From assembly GCA_905236455.1 (NCBI GenBank), contig CAJOPT010000096.1:4922-68921 (forward strand): a stretch of 64,000 bases of DNA. Reading direction: 5' to 3'. The DNA is from an uncultured Prevotella sp. Its GTDB lineage: Bacteria > Bacteroidota > Bacteroidia > Bacteroidales > Bacteroidaceae. This document shows, one piece after another, positions 61,501 to 64,000 of the stretch. Below the pieces are notes generated by a model that saw nothing but the letters and a program-made list of their open reading frames with translations, ran no database searches and was not told the origin of the DNA. The number at the start of each line of letters is the position of its first letter. The first letter of the stretch is position 1. A program made the translations under genes and the position numbers.

Positions 61501-61592
61501 TTCAGAAGCTATGCTTTCTGCCAACAAAGCTATGTCGCTCTCGCCACAGAGCGGCATCTCAATGTTTGATAATGCGTACTAAATAAGCTATC

Positions 61593-62078
61593 TGCTAAAA
61601 ACTAATTTCTAAAAAAAGTATTTTTGCGTCACGCGTCACACTTCCGTGATGACATTACTATTGATAAACACCTGACTACAAGGCACTTAGAAAGCGACTC
61701 ATATTACACTATTACCCACAAAACTGCGTCTGAGATTGTCATTGCGTCGCATTTGCGACACACATGTGACGCAAATGCGATGGAAAAGCAATAAAAATTA
61801 TGCAATATTACAGGCTAAAAGCCACAACAACTGCAACAGAATCCCTGTAAACAGGGCTTTCAGGCATAAAAAACAGACAAGTAGGTCTGTGACACAAATG
61901 TGACGGAAAGCTCATTTCACCTCTTTGATTTGTCTGTAAGCACATGGTCTTGCATAAGAATGCCAACTTAAAACAGGCTTATTATCAACGGCTTCCGTCT
62001 ACTCTACCGTCACAAATCTCTTGAAAAAAGCGTGACGCGTGACGCAAAAATACTTTTTTTAGAAATTAGTTTTTAGCA
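61593..62078. mobile_element. 486-bp non-coding element with 47-bp perfect terminal inverted repeats (MITE-like or orphan origin)
   Basis: TGCTAAAAACTAATTTCTAAAAAAAGTATTTTTGCGTCACGCGTCAC at 61593-61639, exact reverse complement at 62032-62078. No ORF of 60 aa or more in the interior and no TSD seen. The IR is certain, mobility is inferred. Confidence 0.6.
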
Positions 62079-62261
62079 AACGCTACATTTTCCGTTTCCG
62101 TAACATATTGGACACTTTCTTTTTTGTGGCGTATAACTATTGAAACATCAGCCGTAAGGCTGCCGTAAAGAAAATAAGGAATGCCTGTGATAGCAAATAT
62201 GAGATCATCAAGTACCCATGATGACGTCCAGTAATGGTAAAGCGTACTTTGGAACTTTATC

Positions 62262-63569
62262 TTAAGAGGCATGGATTACGACCTTGACGCGGCTGATGCG
62301 ACGCTCCTCTATACCTACTATCTCAAATGAATAGTTTTTATAGTCAATCTTCTCATGCATACTGAGGAAGTCACCCTTGATCTCCAACAATAAGCCGGCA
62401 AGCGTGTCTGCCTCACCCTCTACCTCGGCAAACTCATCATCGTCGATATTTAATATACGGCAGAAATCAGTCATGAGAGTCTTGCCCTCAAAAATATATG
62501 TATTGTAGTTCAGTTTTGAATATGTTCTCTCCTCCTCGTCATACTCATCATTAATCTCACCCACAATCTCCTCAAGAATATCCTCAAGAGTAACCAAACC
62601 GCTTGTGCCTCCAAACTCATCTACCACAATAGCAATATGAACTTTGTTCTCTTGAAACTCACGAAGAAGGTCATCAATCTTCTTTGTCTCTGGAACAAAG
62701 TAAGGAGGGCGTATAAGACTCTGCCAACGGAAGCTGGACGGTTTGGAGATATGAGGCAGAAGATCCTTTATATACAACACCCCTCTGATGTTGTCATCAT
62801 TATCTTGATATACAGGTATGCGTGAATAATTGTTTTCCACGATACACTGTAATACCTCATTAAAAGGACAACTGATATCCAAAGCCACAATATCCTTACG
62901 CGGAGTCATCACCTCTTTTGCCGTCTCGTCACCAAAGCGGATAATACCTTGAAGCATACTCTGCTCATCCTTTATCTCTTCCTTGTCCGTAAGCTCCAAT
63001 GCCTGTTCCAGATCATCAACACTCAATTGCCGATTCTCCCTTTGCACCACTTTCTCCGCAATGTTTCCACTGCTCAAAAGGATATTCTCCAAAGGCCAGA
63101 ACAATCTTCTAAGGAACATTATACCCCCCGACGTCCTTCTGCAGAATTGCAATGGATTCTGCCTACTAAGGACCTTTGGCATGATTTCCCCGAAAAGCAA
63201 TAAAAGGAAAGTAAGGATAACCGTTATAAAGAGGAATTCCACCCATCCTACCTTAAACTTTATCAGTGAGTGAAATATAAAGTTACATAACATTATGATT
63301 GTCACATTCACAAAGTTATTTGTAATCAATATGGTTGCCAATGTCCGCTCACTGCTGTCCCTAAGGATTTCAATACGCTTGTCTGCCATGTTCCTGTCAG
63401 GCTCAAGCTCATTGACATCATTAGGAGTAAGACTGAAAAAAGCTATCTCTGACCCACTTGCGAACCCAGAGACAAACAAGAGGACAACAGCAAGGACAAT
63501 TGCAATAACTACTCCTAAGGTAAGTGGTTGAAACGCCACCAGTGAAGACACGTCAGGTAATTGTTCCAT
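62262..63569 (-). CDS. gldE: GldE / HlyC-CorC family CNNM-CBS protein
   Basis: SGSEIAFFSL, LATILITNNFVN, FGEIMPK, YSRIPVY, VDEFGGTSGLVTLEDILEEIVGEI. Confidence 0.92.
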   Translation of the reverse strand: MEQLPDVSSLVAFQPLTLGVVIAIVLAVVLLFVSGFASGSEIAFFSLTPNDVNELEPDRNMADKRIEILRDSSERTLATILITNNFVNVTIIMLCNFIFHSLIKFKVGWVEFLFITVILTFLLLLFGEIMPKVLSRQNPLQFCRRTSGGIMFLRRLFWPLENILLSSGNIAEKVVQRENRQLSVDDLEQALELTDKEEIKDEQSMLQGIIRFGDETAKEVMTPRKDIVALDISCPFNEVLQCIVENNYSRIPVYQDNDDNIRGVLYIKDLLPHISKPSSFRWQSLIRPPYFVPETKKIDDLLREFQENKVHIAIVVDEFGGTSGLVTLEDILEEIVGEINDEYDEEERTYSKLNYNTYIFEGKTLMTDFCRILNIDDDEFAEVEGEADTLAGLLLEIKGDFLSMHEKIDYKNYSFEIVGIEERRISRVKVVIHAS

Positions 63570-63973
63570 CAGAATGGCATATCAGTTTGATTATTCACAG
63601 GTGGCTCTGATGCCATATTCGCAGGTTGTGGTGTCGGCTCAGCTTTTTTAGGAGACAACAACTCCATATTGTCAGCATATATCTCGGTTACATAACGGCG
63701 CATACCTTTATTATCATCATAGGTACGATATCTGATCCGTCCTTCGATATACAATTTATCCCCCTTATGAACATATTTGTCAACTATCTTGGCAAGCGAG
63801 CGAAAGAAAACCACAGTATGCCAATCAGTATGCTCTGGCACCTGAGTACCATTAGGAAGAGTATATCCACGCTCTGTCGTAGCCAAACTCACTTGAGCTA
63901 CAGCCTGGTCCTGATCATAATACCTTACATCAGGCTCCCTTCCCACATTTCCGATAAGCATGACCTTGTTCAT
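63569..63973 (-). CDS. ssb: Single-stranded DNA-binding protein
   Basis: MNKVMLIGNVG, TDWHTVVFF, LYIEGRI, acidic C-terminus DMPF. Confidence 0.97.
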   Translation of the reverse strand: MNKVMLIGNVGREPDVRYYDQDQAVAQVSLATTERGYTLPNGTQVPEHTDWHTVVFFRSLAKIVDKYVHKGDKLYIEGRIRYRTYDDNKGMRRYVTEIYADNMELLSPKKAEPTPQPANMASEPPVNNQTDMPF

Positions 63974-64000
63974 AACCTACTTCCACATACCTAAATATTT

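Noticed and set aside
62066-62272. 68-aa minus-strand ORF overlapping the gldE stop
   Set aside because: It runs into the TIR and has no recognisable domain, so it is probably spurious.
62262-63569. gldE as evidence of gliding motility
   Set aside because: GldE is a CorC/HlyC-type protein also found in non-gliding Bacteroidales, and no other gld genes are here.

Overview
A 64-kb chromosomal segment of a Prevotellaceae-like Bacteroidota genome. The assignment is inferred from the Bacteroidetes-type RpoD, TAnnTTTG promoters, DUF4270/DUF4293/GldE genes and AT-rich leaders. It is mostly housekeeping: radA, rpoZ, bamD, carAB, glmS, uxaC, ansA, tRNA-Cys, rnpB, htrA, rpoD, rsmG, ruvC, nupG, ppdK, hisB, kdsA/kdsD, cls, xseAB, panCD, clpC, gldE and ssb. 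There is a small polysaccharide-modification islet (rfbB, fdtA, GNAT, sulfotransferase-like, wzx). I found no intact IS, integrase, prophage or CRISPR array. The best candidate for an undescribed system is an orphan RiPP-like maturation cassette behind rpoD. It encodes an HprK-like kinase, a soluble S24/S26 Ser-His peptidase and a PqqD/RRE protein with a MinD-like amphipathic tail, with no precursor or cyclase in the window. Other oddities are an in-frame RsmE-lipoprotein fusion, a stand-alone degenerate sigma70 region-4 protein, a small protein ending in an ssrA-like degron and a catalytically degenerate half glycogen synthase. Non-coding oddities are two elements built from inverted iteron-like repeats, a dispersed 49-bp repeat, a candidate ~90-nt sRNA and three apparently leaderless genes. 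All family calls come from motif recognition by eye, with no database searches run.
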